NCBI GenBank assembly: GCA_951406725.2
Contig: OX597828.1
Location: 46,314,001 to 46,378,000, forward strand
Length of the DNA: 64,000 nucleotides
DNA from: Octopus vulgaris
Taxonomy: Eukaryota
Direction of reading: 5' to 3'
Shown here: positions 1-14,994 of the stretch, one piece after another
How the letters are laid out: the number at the start of each line of letters is the position of its first letter
How positions within the stretch are numbered: position 1 is the first letter of the stretch
The notes under the pieces: model-generated
Database searches by the model: none
Seen by the model: the letters and a program-made list of their open reading frames with translations, nothing else
Told to the model about the DNA's origin: nothing
Position numbers and translations under genes: made by a program

Positions 1-985
1 GCTTTAAGTAGGGGCTGTCTACGTCACTATTGATCTGGAAATTATGTTCACTGGTTAGTACCTACGGGGTTTTCACCTCAGTGGCTCGGATCTCATCAAG
101 CGTCCAATCGAGCAGCACAAATATTGGTATGAGTACTGGCACAGTAAACACATTGTGGGTCGCTGTTTTATTGAATGCTGAAATTTGCGAGGTACACATT
201 TTCTTTATTCGAGAGTAATATTCTTTAGTGACACGTGTTTTACAACAGGTGCTATTGTAAGATATGTTTTCCTCCATCCCTAGATACTTGTAACATTCCT
301 CATCAGATATATGGGAAACAGTTACATCAGTGATGGAGCTGTTGGTAGTCTGGTTTACAGTTTTCTTTCTTTTAACAACCATATAGCAACATGTATCTTG
401 ACCAAACGCCAACGCTATGTCCTTTGAGAATGTTGTAATCAGGTTAATGCTCTTTTTCCTCTTATGCATATTCTTTGCATACAGTTTCACGTCATCCACA
501 AACAAACAGTGTATAATTTGCTATTTCATTTTCCTTGAGAACCAGTGAGATATCCTTCAGACTTCGTTAACATGAATGACAAGAGGGTACAGAAAGGATA
601 AAAAACATCATAGAGAAGCTGTCCCCTTAGAAAATACCTCTGCAAGACTGTATTCTATCAGTGATAATACAATCACTCCTTGTACTTAACTTCAAGATAG
701 TGGCCAACGATGAAGTCAGGTCAGCTATGTTTTTTACTATGCTCACTGGAACTTTAAAAAGTCGAAGAAATGAGGTTCTTCTTCTGATCCTGGATCTCTG
801 ATATCATAGTTTCATTTATTAACAGTCGCTCGGCACATATCTGGACTCCCATCTTCCCAGCTGCTTGTTCTGCTGTGATGATGTTATCACTTTCAAAATG
901 GTCTTGGGTGGAAGAAGTTTAAACATGATGTATATACTTTATACGTTATGTTCTAGCTTGCTGGTATAGGTTGATAAAATATGGT
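1..985 (-). pseudogene. Decayed reverse transcriptase of an R4/Dong-like (RLE-type) non-LTR retrotransposon
   Basis: Manual minus-strand translation gives RT motifs in order: YQPIP..NITYKVYTS, EQAAGKMG..C.ERLLIN, RGIF*GDSFS (QGD motif with a stop), FVDDVKLYAK, YKYLGMEE; stops and frameshifts throughout. Confidence 0.85.
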
Positions 986-996
986 CGGTAGAAAGG

Positions 997-1142
997 CGGC
1001 AACTGGTACTTAATTTATCGACACCGAAAGGATAAAAGGCAAAGTCGACCTCGGCGGAATTTGAACTCAGAGCATAAAGACAGACGAAATACCGCAAAGA
1101 ATTTCGCCCGGCTTGCTAACGTTTCTGCCAGTTAGCCGCCTT
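997..1142 (-). mobile_element. tRNA-derived SINE family B (Meta/MESC-like central domain), partial
   Basis: Reverse complement reads GGCGG..CTGGCAGAAACGTTAGC..GAGTTCAAATTCCGCCGAGGTCGACTTTGCCTTT.ATCCTTTCGG.GTCGATAAA; many homologous copies in this window. Confidence 0.8.
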
Positions 1143-1455
1143 ATATAACATGTACTCTGTTGTAAAAATATATACGGCTCTGTAGCCACGTGGTTTTAGT
1201 TCAGTTCCGATGCATAGTTCGTTGGGTACCGCACTGAAGGCCTTATTCAGAGAAATCAGCCGCAGTATATATTTTCGTTAACCTGGTACTTATTTTATCA
1301 CATAGTTTTGGCAACCCGCTATTGTACTACTATAATGCCCTTAGATGTTTCCCCATAAAATGCAGTCTATTGGGATAACTGTGTCCAAATACCGACAAAT
1401 AAGTTTTGCTTTGTAAACCCTCTGGAATTTTATAAGATAATATAAAAGATGGTTA

Positions 1456-1457
<2 letters not shown>

Positions 1458-1523
<66 letters not shown>

Positions 1524-1612
1524 TAGATAGATAGATAGATAGACATACATACATACATACATACATACATACATACATGCATGCATGCATACATGCATAC
1601 AGGCATGCATGT
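1458..1612. repeat. Compound microsatellite (TA)n-(GATA)n-(CATA)n
   Basis: Directly visible. Confidence 0.95.
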
Positions 1613-1744
1613 ACTTTTTTAAAAGTCAGGCGCTTATTCTACTGGACGCTTTTGCCGAACCGCTTATGTGACACTGGAACGGAAACAAACCAACACTGGG
1701 TTTGAAGCGGATGGAAGGGGACAAACACAAACAACTATTCTGCC

Positions 1745-1835
1745 TATATGCCTGTGCACACCTTTCAATGTAATGTATGCCAGAAGGTTTGCAAATCTAA
1801 CAAAGGCCTCAAAGCATATTTTAAGATCCACAAAG
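1745..1835 (+). pseudogene. C2H2-like zinc-finger remnant, probably the C-terminus of an RTE-clade LINE ORF
   Basis: FQCNVCQKVCKSNKGLKAYFKIH resembles the CxxCxxxCxSxxGLxxHxxxH end of RTE-type ORFs; truncated by a SINE. Confidence 0.45.
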
Positions 1836-1842
1836 ATCTTAT

Positions 1843-2354
<512 letters not shown>

Positions 2355-2821
2355 GGTGGGTTCGTTCATTTTCCCGTCTACAATTTTTCCACTCACGAGG
2401 CTTTGGTTAACCTGAGGTTATAGTAAAAGACAAGTTCTTAGGTTGGCACATAGTGAGATTGAACCGGGAGTCGTGTTGTTAGGAAGAAAACTTCTTACCA
2501 TGCAGCCACGCTTGCACCTATTTGATAAGATAGCAACCAATTGATTTTGTTCAGAATTGAATCAGCATGTTATTCCTTTTCTATTTTCATACGTCGCGTT
2601 AACGGTTTAATATGTGCAGTTTCATTTCCATTCTTGAATATTTTTCAATTAAATACGTTGTGATTAAACAATTACGCTGAAAACGTCTTACAATAGCTTT
2701 GCATTCATGAAAATTTAATATGTGAACTGAATTTAAATTATAAATCCATTTTGTTATAAGATTTCCTCAATACTCCGTTTCAATTAATTAACATTTTTTC
2801 TGAAAAGAAGCATAGAATATA

Positions 2822-3147
<326 letters not shown>

Positions 3148-3221
3148 GGGTATTTATACATATATATGTGTTAGTTTGTGTGGGTATAAAATTTCAGAAT
3201 ATATACGTATATATGTATATA

Positions 3222-3343
3222 TGGCCTGCTCGCTTAGCCAGCGGGGTGGCGTCACTTGAAGGCTAAAACAATGCGAAGCGCATTGTGACCAGCGATGTGT
3301 AGCAACATCTGATAGCCTGGTAGGTCACGGTGATCACGGTGAT
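3222..3343 (+). mobile_element. Isolated SINE/LINE 3' tail (tail type 2)
   Basis: CGGGGTGGCGTCA..GAAGGCTAAAACAATGCGAA.CGCATTGTGACCAGCGATGTGTA matches the tail of the SINE at 56353-56620. Confidence 0.75.
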
Positions 3344-3357
3344 ATGTATATATACGT

Positions 3358-3965
<608 letters not shown>

Positions 3966-4023
3966 ATATGTGTGCGCATGCACATGTATGCATACATGTA
4001 TATGTGCATTTCTCCACCTCATT

Positions 4024-4064
<41 letters not shown>

Positions 4065-4070
4065 TAGATG

Positions 4071-4157
<87 letters not shown>

Positions 4158-4162
4158 TGATA

Positions 4163-4390
4163 GGCGGTGAGCTGGCAGAAAAGTTTGCACGCTGGGCGAA
4201 ATGCTTAGCAATATTTCTCTTGTCTTTACGTTCTGAGTTCAAATTCCGCCGGGGTCGACTTTGCATTTCATCCTTTCGGGATCGATAAATAAAGTAGCAG
4301 TTACGCACTGGGGTCGTTATAATCGACTTAATCCGTTTGTCTTTCCTTGTTTCCCCTCTATGTTTAGTCCCTTGTGGGCAATAAAGAAAT

Positions 4391-4392
<2 letters not shown>
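4163..4392 (+). mobile_element. SINE family B, full length, within (GATA)n
   Basis: GGCGGTGAGCTGGCAGAA..GAGTTCAAATTCC..TTTCATCCTTTCGGGATCGATAAA..AATAAAGAAATAA. Confidence 0.85.
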
Positions 4393-4456
<64 letters not shown>

Positions 4457-5089
4457 CTATGCATGTGCATGAGAGAGGGTTTGTATACAAAACATAACCG
4501 CTTATGCGGTACATGGATACATACATTTTTACAAATGCATTTCATCTGAGTTTATAAAGGAATAAACAAAACCGTAAGCATTACCAAAACACACATATAT
4601 ATATACCTACCTATAGGACTTCGTATATGTTTGTATGCATGTACGTAAGAACATATGCATACGTGTGCATACGTGTGCATGTGTCCAATTTCTTTGTATT
4701 TCAGTTCATATCTCATCTTCATGAAATAACACTTTTTTACAAAATGTAACACTCTTTCGGATCTTCTAGTCTGAAAGTTATAATTTTTTTTTCTCCTGTA
4801 CATATCGGGAGGTACACAGTGAACGAGATTCCACTATTTTTAAAGATAAATATAAATGATGCTAATGAGATTATGTATAAATGTGTGGAAAATATATAAA
4901 TTTTCGCACATATACGAATACATAACTATACTAGGAATTTTGTTACACGTACTCTCAAACAGAACACAAGCATCCGACACAACCATACGCATACAAATGC
5001 GCACGCACACACACATACACACATGCATATATATCATATGTATATATATATATATATATATACATTATTTATATATATATATGTGTATA

Positions 5090-5144
<55 letters not shown>

Positions 5145-5792
5145 TAGATGTACATATATGATATATATATATACATTATGTAGATATAAATGTGTCTGTG
5201 TGTATTTTTATGCATGTATGTATCCATGTATTCACGTATGAATGTGTGTGTACAGACAAATACACATACGAATCTGCACAAACACTCATACACACACACA
5301 CACACCTATTTAAATGCAAACAAATCAGGTTATCTCAATCGCTATCATAATTTCTAATTTTTCCGACATGTCTTTAGGCTAAATTCAAAATACCTATATT
5401 ATTCAACGAAGTTTGGATTCCATCCTTTCTAACAGAGAATATCTTTAACCAAATACATTCCTGGAGAACTCGCACTTATTTTTTTTTTTTAATTTATTTT
5501 CTCTATTTTTGGTTTTCTCGTTTATTCGGTATCTTTTCTTACATAATATGCTTTGAGCAAAGCAGCAAATATTTGTATGGATGTTATTTTTAATCTGTAT
5601 AAATATTATAAAAATGTAGTACGTCTTTTTTTGGTATTTTTCATTTATTTTCTTTCTTTTTTTTTTTCTTTACACTTTCTTTTCGGTGCGCGCAGACAGA
5701 GACAGGCATTCACATCATATATACACGAACAGTTATATACAGAATAAATCATAGACACATTTATATGCCAAAACGCTGACACACACATACAG

Positions 5793-5825
<33 letters not shown>

Positions 5826-5866
5826 TGTGTATGTGTTTTGCATATATATAATGATTTGGATATATA

Positions 5867-6012
<146 letters not shown>

Positions 6013-6096
6013 TAAACAGATGTATATGGATATGAATGTTTGCATATAAACTAATGTTCATTTAATTATGGATTCCAGAATTGAGACAGAACGCAC

Positions 6097-6165
6097 TTTT
6101 GACTGTCTGAAACTTCTCGGTTGAATCTTGCTTCCGGCAACCTTTTCCAGATATGTGTCCGCCAT
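6097..6165 (-). CDS. Candidate first coding exon (MADTYLEKVAGSKIQPRSFRQSK), product unknown
   Basis: AAAATGGCGG start context, 23 open codons ending in phase 0 at a GTGCGT donor-like site, upstream CTGTTCAG acceptor-like site; non-repetitive; no downstream exon identified. Confidence 0.25.
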
Positions 6166-6963
6166 TTTAACTTCAATTCACTGAACAGATAATATTAAAT
6201 GAAATCACCGAAAATTGCGAAAAGTACCCGGGTTTATATATTTAAATATATTTCTCCATATGTTATATTTTATTTTATTTATTTATTATTTCGCTTAGGT
6301 TTTATTGTGTACTTTTATAATTTATTTCTTTATTTTCTCCTTTTTTTTTTAGTTTTCAGGACGTTTTTTTTGACTGTCTGAATTTTTTGTTTCTTGTTTC
6401 CAAGTTCAAAGTTTCCCACCACCAACCAGGCTGCGCTGCCATCACTCTGTTGAGTCCCGTCCATTTATGGATATATCAGTGTTCTACAGATGAAGGACGT
6501 TTAATCGGTGAGCCATAGTGTTGAGTACGCTGGTGATAATGATGATGAATTGTAACGGGAGCGATGGCGGTTGGTAGAAACGTTCCTTTATCGGTGGCGA
6601 AAATAGGTAGAGGTAAAAAAAATAGGGGAATCTCATAAATATAGAAAGGGATTTGATTATTAGTCATTACGCATATATTTGGTCTACAGTAGGTTGAATC
6701 TGTATGATTCTAGTTCGATTCTCTGTGACATATCGCTACTTCAATCTTTACCAATTTTCTTTTCGTACGTATTGTTCCATTAATTTTCGTGAAACGTTCA
6801 TAAGACGTTAGGAATGAAAGAATTCACAGCTATTTACTAGAGGTGAACTACGGTTATGTAATAGGATTGCGTTTAGGGCAAATATGTTCCATGGACTTGG
6901 TGCCAAAACTATGTATGGTTACGGATGACCTAAAATTACGAAGTTCAAGAGTGAACTATCAAT

Positions 6964-7575
6964 CACTCTGGTCAATAAAATTAAATGTATTATACTCAAT
7001 ATGAATGCAAACCAACTCTTTTAGGTTAATTTTCCATGCTGATTTCAAACTTTCACTCCATTTGTATGCAACACATATCACTTTTTCAGTAGATACATGC
7101 AAATATTTATATATTTGTATATATGAAATCACTAACGTAATAAAAAAAGATATAATATTTTAGAAACTCAATGAGTTTATTGAGTTAAAATCATCACAAT
7201 CATTCTATATAGAGTGAATACAAAATAAAATGAGTCAGACAAAAACAAAGTTAGAACAACAGAGTTAGAAACATTGTGATTTGGACTTCCTGCGGTGTTC
7301 CTGATCTGGTTGGTCACGGTATAATGTCCAGTAGTATTCAGCCACCATTTTGTCATTCCGAAAGCCTTAGTACCGTTTCTCCATAGCTCTAATGTCCTGG
7401 GCGAAATCTTTTGTCATGTTCATCAGACACTGCTCCAAGATTATCTGCTAAGAAATCCAAGACTTGTACTTTCGGTGAGATGCAACAACCCATTGCTGAG
7501 TAAAATTTCAGAAGATTCTTGATGCCGTCTTTGTAGTCCATTGCCATCTTGTTGCGCAAGTGTGTTGCGGATAGT
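6964..7575 (-). mobile_element. Decayed DNA transposon 3' part, Chapaev3/CMC-like transposase C-terminus
   Basis: NLLKFYSAMGCCISPK..LDFLADNLGAVSDEHDKRF / QDIRAMEKRY*GFRNDKMVAEYYWTLYRD matches the SDEHGERFHQDI..MEKRYQG..MLADYCW motif; stop at 7265-7267; CACT-like end near 6964. Superfamily assignment from memory. Confidence 0.65.
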
Positions 7576-7699
7576 AATCTGCAATGCACTTATAAAAGAA
7601 CATTTTTTACAAGTGTTAGAATTTCTTGCTCACGTAAATGGACCTTTATATCAACGTCGATAACGTTGTTGTTGGTGTTATGGTAGACATGAACTGTTT

Positions 7700-8095
7700 T
7701 GAGAATGATAACTGTGTATAAAGTACCAAATCTATCGAAAAAGTTCAACTGAATATGGAGACAATGTTTAGACGTTATTTCCTCTCTATAAATGGATTGA
7801 TTCATTCAACAATAGTCGCACAAGTATCACGTATCAAATGAGTCAGATGACCATGTTTTATTTGTTTTTCATTGATACCGACATTGGACCAGCATCTTCA
7901 TAGTTCTGTCGAGCAGACAGATGAGCATTGATGAAATGGCAAAAAATATGCAAATTAATCTTGGTCCTGTTTATTCAACTATCCCCAACACATTTGGTTT
8001 AAGTAGAAAAATTGTTCGAGTTAGATCTAGAAACATCTAGAATTGCTCCAAGAATATCGTTTTGAAATCAGTCAATGACTGGTAGATTACTTTGA
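7700..8095 (+). pseudogene. Decayed mariner transposase N-terminal (HTH) fragment
   Basis: YGDN..YKWIDSFNNSRTSIT and RQMSIDEMAKNMQINLGPVYSTIPNTFGLSRKIV resemble mariner VYxWxxxFxxGRTS and RxTIxEIAxxLxISxGSxxxIxxxxLGxRKV. Confidence 0.6.
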
Positions 8096-9020
8096 TTAGG
8101 ACTTTGAGACATCCTTAGTAATAAATGCCATTTCTGACGGCCTTTTTATAGACACATTGTGTATAAATAATGATTGAATCTCATTGATACACATGCGGAT
8201 GTAACTATTATATCTGGCTGCATTTTACTTTAATTAAAGGGAGATATGTCTTTGACATTGAAATGGAGAATAAGTTAGTCTTGCTTAAAACTACTCTAGA
8301 TGTGACCGCTGCAAATTTACTTAAAACGGATAGAAACCATATAAACTGTATTTGGTAACGAAGATAAACACAAAAGCTGTGAAAAGAAAGAGCGCAACAT
8401 GTCTGAGAAGAAAATTTGAATTAGCGTGTGAGCGAAAACTAGTCACACTTTATCATAACAGTGAAAAACACTATTTTCTCGAGCCGAGGTGATTCACCTG
8501 GGATGGCTGTTTCGCATAACAGAAATAGCAGAGAAATCTCTTTCAATATAGTGTTTTAGAGTGATCGTTTATTGTCCTGTATATGCTATTTCTGAACAAG
8601 AAATACTGTATGAGCAGAGCGGTTAACGTTTGGTAAAATGTATATCTAAACACGTGTGGACAGGAGCTAAACTATGAACAATCGCAACATCATCGACAAC
8701 AACAACAATTGCAACAGGAAAAACAACAATAATAGCAGCTGCAAAAACCGCAATAACAACAGCAACATAGTCAACAACGGCGCCAATAAATTTCGAATTT
8801 CATCGAATGCTATTAATGTTTCCTTGTAATGTGTCATTGTACAAAACAAACTAATGATTATCTGAACTGCGAAAGCAGCCATTTTTCAATACGATTCTCA
8901 CAAATGCAATGTGTGTGTTTTTCTGTGTGTTAGTGAGTGTGTCTGTGAGTGTGTGTATGTGTGAGTATGTGTGTATGCGACGCGTGGTGTGTTTATGAAC
9001 TTTCATACGCATATTCAATT

Positions 9021-9312
9021 GAAGGCGCGTCGCTTAGCGGTTAGTCCATTCGGCTCGCGAGTTCGATTCTCATCAGCGCATTGTTTCCTTCGGCAAGAAG
9101 ACACTTCAGTTCACATGGCTACAGCCCAGTCAACTGGCAACAGTCAGTTGTACGTGTAGCTCAGTGTGCCAACCATCTCCATTCGGTGTATCACGCTGAC
9201 TCTCCCTGAGATTCTCGCTAAGGAGTGCTCAACCACTTGCACGTTTATTTCACGAACTGTCTGTTCTTTGAATCAATTGGAACAATAGTCACCATAACCG
9301 ACGGAGTGCCCA
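9021..9312 (+). mobile_element. SINE: CORE-like head D plus tail type 1, degenerate
   Basis: tRNA-like head, GCAAGAAGACACTT, tail GTGCTCAACCACTTGCACGTT..ACCGACGGAGTGCC. Confidence 0.7.
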
Positions 9313-9728
9313 GTCACAAACATTCAATATAGACGTAAATAAGGTAAAATAAACACATTGAACGATAGCCATGATATTCCAGAAATTAGTTCTTCAATTT
9401 GACTCAGTGACTATACATATAATCAACAGCATTCCAGTTACAATAACCCCCAGTTGTTTCTATTTGTTAATCATTTAATATATTTTTGCGTCCTCACATG
9501 GTGTTTCAAGGATTCTACTAACTATCCAAATCACCATTTCGTTCAAATAAATTATACTGCAATCGGAAAAATCTCAACTGCTGTATCTAGCACTTCGATT
9601 GGCCACGTTATTTCTACTCATGCTTATTCTAATTAGTGCTCTTTGGACAATCATATCCTACAAGTAACGAAAATGATGTTCCTGTTATATATAAAAACAG
9701 ATCCACACCCACACACCCACTCATATAC

Positions 9729-9769
<41 letters not shown>

Positions 9770-10200
9770 CATATATACATATATATTTATACATATATTT
9801 ACATACACACACACACACATATATTATACAGACATATATAGCTGTATGTATGTATGTATGTATTATGTATGCACGTACGTATGAATGTTTACACGTATAG
9901 TTTTTGAAAAATAATTTTGATTGTATTTTTGTTAACACTAATTGACCAATCTAATGCAACGTGTCAAAGTGTCAAGCGTTCACCTCTGTAATTACTCAGA
10001 CAATTGTCTGAAGAATTATATATTGTCTAAAGAGTTCTGTTATTCTAACAATGGTACCTTTGACTTGTCAGTTGGTTTATAAGAAACTGTGATGTGTCCT
10101 ACAATACAAACACGCTAAATGTACGTGCGTATATACGAACGTACGCCAAACAACATGTAAGTATGTTGTTCATTTGTTGTATATGCGTGTTTGTGAGTGT

Positions 10201-10240
<40 letters not shown>

Positions 10241-10313
10241 ATTTATCGATATACATATGTGTGTGTATGTGTGCGTATGTATGTATATAAACATACTTAT
10301 ATGTATATATATA

Positions 10314-10386
<73 letters not shown>

Positions 10387-10428
10387 ATATTTATATATAT
10401 GTATATGTATTTCTGTTTTTGTGTATAT

Positions 10429-10511
<83 letters not shown>

Positions 10512-10804
10512 TTTGTGTGTGTGTGTGTGTGTCAATGTGCATATATAGACAGATAGAGTGACTTATATATAATTCGATACATATGATAAATATGTATAGA
10601 TATGCAAAAAGAGATGAACAGTCCTTCTTGCGTTCTTGTCAGAAGCCCTGAAGATATCGTGGAGGGATCAGTCGATTACAAAGACGGCAGTCCATGAATG
10701 ATATAAATTTTACTGACTTCGGGTGAATGAAACGCAAACCTGGCCTCATAGGCATTTGAACTCACAACGTAAAAAGGCGGAAGAATGATGATGATGATGT
10801 CAAA

Positions 10805-11045
10805 GATAATGAGGATGATGATAAATGCCATGATACAGTACCAGGCACTGGTTCTCATGGCATCTGAACTCAACAGATTGGAAGTGTTATCAGGTACATT
10901 GTTTTCTCTTGGTATAAAAACTGGGCTACAACCCTTATTCAGGGACCTTTTGTGGGAGAGGGCTACTCGACCTGAACAAAATTCAAACTTGACCCCACCT
11001 GCAAGGTCATGCGCTGTTTATCTTGAAATGATTACATAGACCCCA
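10805..11045 (+). mobile_element. TAA-associated non-coding repeat G, internally deleted copy
   Basis: Matches 5' and central parts of 11088-11649. Confidence 0.7.
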
Positions 11046-11087
11046 GTGTTTAATAACAATAATAATAATTTCACATGGCTACGGTCC

Positions 11088-11649
11088 AATGCCCTGATGC
11101 AGTATCAGGCCGTGGCTCTCATGGCTTCTGATCTTAACTGATTGGAAGTGTTATCATGTACATTGATTTGTCTTGGTATAAAAGATGGGCTATAGCAAAT
11201 ATTCTGCTCAGTGCCACAGATTTGCCTGTCAGTTGTTTGACATTAACCAGTTGAGCATGTCCCTTAGTGGCTTACGATATGTGCATCTCTGATCACGAGC
11301 AGAAGTAGTGGGGGAGCGTCATAGCCATGTGTTGATAGGGATTCTTTGGAGTTTGAATAATTCACCTCTGGAAAGATGGGTGTTTCGTTCAACAACCTTA
11401 TACAATCCTTATTCAGGGAACTTTTGAGCAGGATGGGTTACTCGACCTGAACAAAATTCTAATTGGGCCCCACCTCCAGGGTCATGCGCTGTATATCTTG
11501 ATATGAGATCACCATGTCACGCACATATGGTTGTGATGCATGTGGCTAGTGTACCCTTATGAGACGGGTAGTCATGATGGGTATACTGGGTTACGTATTT
11601 TTTACCCCAGTGTCACTTTGATGGCATGCACTGCTCTTTCACTCACTCA
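11088..11649 (+). mobile_element. TAA-associated non-coding repeat G (~560 bp), full length
   Basis: Starts AATGCCCTGATGCAGT, ends GCACTGCTCTTTCACTCACTCA directly followed by (ATA)n; homologous to 19192-19707, 21762-21923, 32482-32997. Confidence 0.85.
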
Positions 11650-11674
11650 ATAATAATAACAAAAACAACAACAA

Positions 11675-11705
<31 letters not shown>

Positions 11706-11729
11706 GATAATAATAATAATATTATTATT

Positions 11730-11807
<78 letters not shown>

Positions 11808-13159
11808 CATTACTAGTTATTATGCGACTTATTCATTGTGCTAGTTTCTGTGCGTGTTTGAATGGGAATGATTTTATTTAAATTTGTTGTAAGTACACCC
11901 TTTTCTGCGGTATGTCATTTTCACAGCTACTCACAAAAGACCTCTATAACATTTCTCGCCAGTAAGAACAGGGGCAACGCCTTCGATTTGTTCCGATTTA
12001 ATGAACAGAGAGAAATTTTTAAATATAAGCCATTTTAATTCTGTTCAATGCACCTAAAGAAAGCCTGACACATATTCTCATCGTATGCATTGCATTTACG
12101 TATATTCCTTGCCAAATATATATGTAAATATGTATGAATACATATAGAAGCACATACACACATGCATATGTACATATATATATGCTGTGTTTGTGTGTGT
12201 GTGTGTGCATATATATATTTAAATGCGAGTATATGTGTTTCTGATGGCTATCAGTTTCATTTGTTATCCCTTACCAATCGTTCTTTAGTTTTAAAGATCC
12301 GTTTCCTCAACCGTAAGTCCCCGTTTAAGTACGTGGGAAAAAAAGTAACAGATCTGCTTTATCAAGTTATGTATAGAGTCTGTAAGAACAAAGTTGAAAG
12401 ACAATAGCTATTGAATGATTAAACATCGAGTGGACCACACCTTTACATATGAATATGGAAATACAATCTATTGTCTACGAGTAAGTCACACAAGTTTGTA
12501 AGTCTCTGCTTATGTATATTAGATATAAATTGAAATTGATGAAGTCTGAAAATGATGTGAGAAAAACTAAATTTTATCTGACGAATTACATAAGCTATAT
12601 CAGACCTGAAAGATCTACCGAAAAGACAAAAAAGATGAATACATGATAACACTAACCCCTTAATTCCGAAGCAACGTTGTCGCTCCGTGTAACTGAAACA
12701 GCAGTCAAATCTCCCTTAAACTGGATTGTAGTATCTTGAAACATGGAAGGACCCATTCTATGGCGTACTTTTATACACAGATGACTCTAAACATAAAAGG
12801 AGCTAGTAGATTGAACAAATCTTATCAAAGCTGAGTTATACCATGGTTGAACAGGGACGACAGCAATAATAGTAAACACGTTTCATTGATCTGTAATCGG
12901 TAGCTCCATAATTAAGCATTTCACTAATTCAAATCACTTTTTTTTTGTTGATATTAACCGAAGAGTGGTCGACGGTGAAATGTAAAAGTACAAACGAAAG
13001 TGAATTATTGAAGCACATATAAATAAGAATGAGAGTAAACTTCCATTAATAAAAAGCCAACACATATTTGCGTATTGTGGGACTAACATCTTGTTTTGTG
13101 ACAAAGTGCAATATAGCAACCAATATAAGTATGTTTGCTAAGGTAGACAGACAAGTTAC

Positions 13160-13575
13160 TCAGTGGCATTTCCTCTGTCTTTACTATCTTAGTTCAAATT
13201 CCACCAAGGTCGTCTTTCACTTTCCTCCTCTCAGGTTCGATAAAATAAGTAACAGTTGAGCATTAGTGGCAATATAATCGTCTTAGCCCCACCCCACCCG
13301 ACCCACTGCGATATTGCTGGCCTTGTATTAAAATTTGAAACCAAAACATGTATGTTTGCTAAAGCGGTGAGCTGGCAGAATCATGACTTGCGCCGGGAAA
13401 GGTGGTAAGCGGCGTATCGTCCCTCATTATGTTCTGAGTTCAAATTCCTCCGAGGACAACTTTGCTTTGTATCTTTCGGGGGCCATATAATAAGTACCAG
13501 TCATGCGCTGGAGTCGATGTAATCGACTTGCTCCTTCCCCGGAATGGTGACCTTGTGCCAAAGTTTTAAACCAAT
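13160..13575 (+). mobile_element. Two degenerate tandem SINE family B copies
   Basis: AGTTCAAATTCC..GTC..CTTT..TCGATAAAATAAG and GCGGTGAGCTGGCAGAA..GAGTTCAAATTCC. Confidence 0.7.
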
Positions 13576-13630
13576 TTATGTGTATGTGTGCATGTGTTAG
13601 AGTTTGTGTGAGCATGCGCGTGCGTATATG

Positions 13631-13694
<64 letters not shown>

Positions 13695-13749
13695 GTATAT
13701 ATATATGTGTGTGAGTGTGTGTGTGTGTACATATATATATATATATATT

Positions 13750-14100
13750 ATCTTTCACTTGCTTCAGTCATTGGACTGCCTTTATGGAGCACACCTTGAA
13801 GGGATTAGATCTCAATAAAATAATTTTGTACTTTCTTTGTCGGTCTGTTTTGCCAAACTATTGCCTTGCGGGGACGTAGGCAAACCAACACTCGTTTTCC
13901 AGTAGGAAGGAGACAAGCACACGCAGAAACACATACACACAAAGTAATAACGTTCTTGGACACTGTTTCTGTCTACCAAATGAATTCACAGAACATCGGG
14001 TAGCCCGAAACATTAGTAGAAGATAATTGAGTAAGTGCCGCGTACTGGGAGTCGATTCAAATCCAAAGCGAATTTCTTGACCATGCAGCCATGCCTGCTT
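13750..14100 (-). mobile_element. Old degenerate SINE family A
   Basis: CTTCAGTCATTGGACTGC..GGAGCAC..TTTGCCAAAC..TCTACCAAA..CCATGCAGCCATGCCTGC. Confidence 0.65.
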
Positions 14101-14406
14101 GCATGTAGACTTGATATGGACAGCGAATGGTTTGGAGACGGTAACTGCTAGGATCTTACTGCGATTTATGATGGCCAAATGTCATTTTCTATCGCTTCCA
14201 AAGGCCACATGCCTTCAGACAGAAATCAGGGGAAAAGGGAAACTGTATTAAGTCCGTCGGGCAAATTGTACTTGTAATTCAAAAGGTATGTCTTGTCACA
14301 GATATGGTGAGAGCATGGAATACTCAACAAATTACCTGCAATTAAGCAGCAGGTAATTCAGTTGTTCGAACAATTGTATTTTCATCGTCGAACAATGGAC
14401 TTTCTG

Positions 14407-14740
14407 CAGAACCACAACCACAAACAAAACTACCACCACCACCACAACCATCATCACCAACACTACTACCAGAACCGCAACCACCAACAAAACTACCACC
14501 ACCACCACAACCATCATCACCAACACTACTACCAGAACCGCAACCACCAACAAAACTACCACCACCACAACCATCATCACCAACACTACTACCAGAACCA
14601 CAATCACCAACAAAATTACCACCACCAGCACAACCATGATCACCAACACTACTACCAGAACCGCAATCACCAACAAAACTACCACCACCTCCACAACCAT
14701 CATCACCACACTACTACCAGAACCGCAATCACCAACACCA
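14407..14740. repeat. ~60 bp minisatellite (5-6 units) built from CAC/CAA triplets
   Basis: Unit CAGAACC(G/A)CAACCACCAACAAAACTACCACCACCAC(CAC)AACCATCATCACCAACACTACTAC; degenerate CAC repeats continue to ~14990. Confidence 0.9.
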
Positions 14741-14994
14741 CATTCACCACCACCACTACCACAACCAGCGCCACCACCACCACCACAAATAACACCACCA
14801 CAACCAACAACACCATGACCAATACCACCAAACCACCAGCACTAAGACCACCACTATCACCATTACCACCACCACAACTACTAACACAACCATGCGCACC
14901 CTACCACAACCAGCATAACCTCAACCACCACCAACACCACAACTGCCACTACCTCCACCACCCAGAAACAACCACAAACAACAACACTATTATC

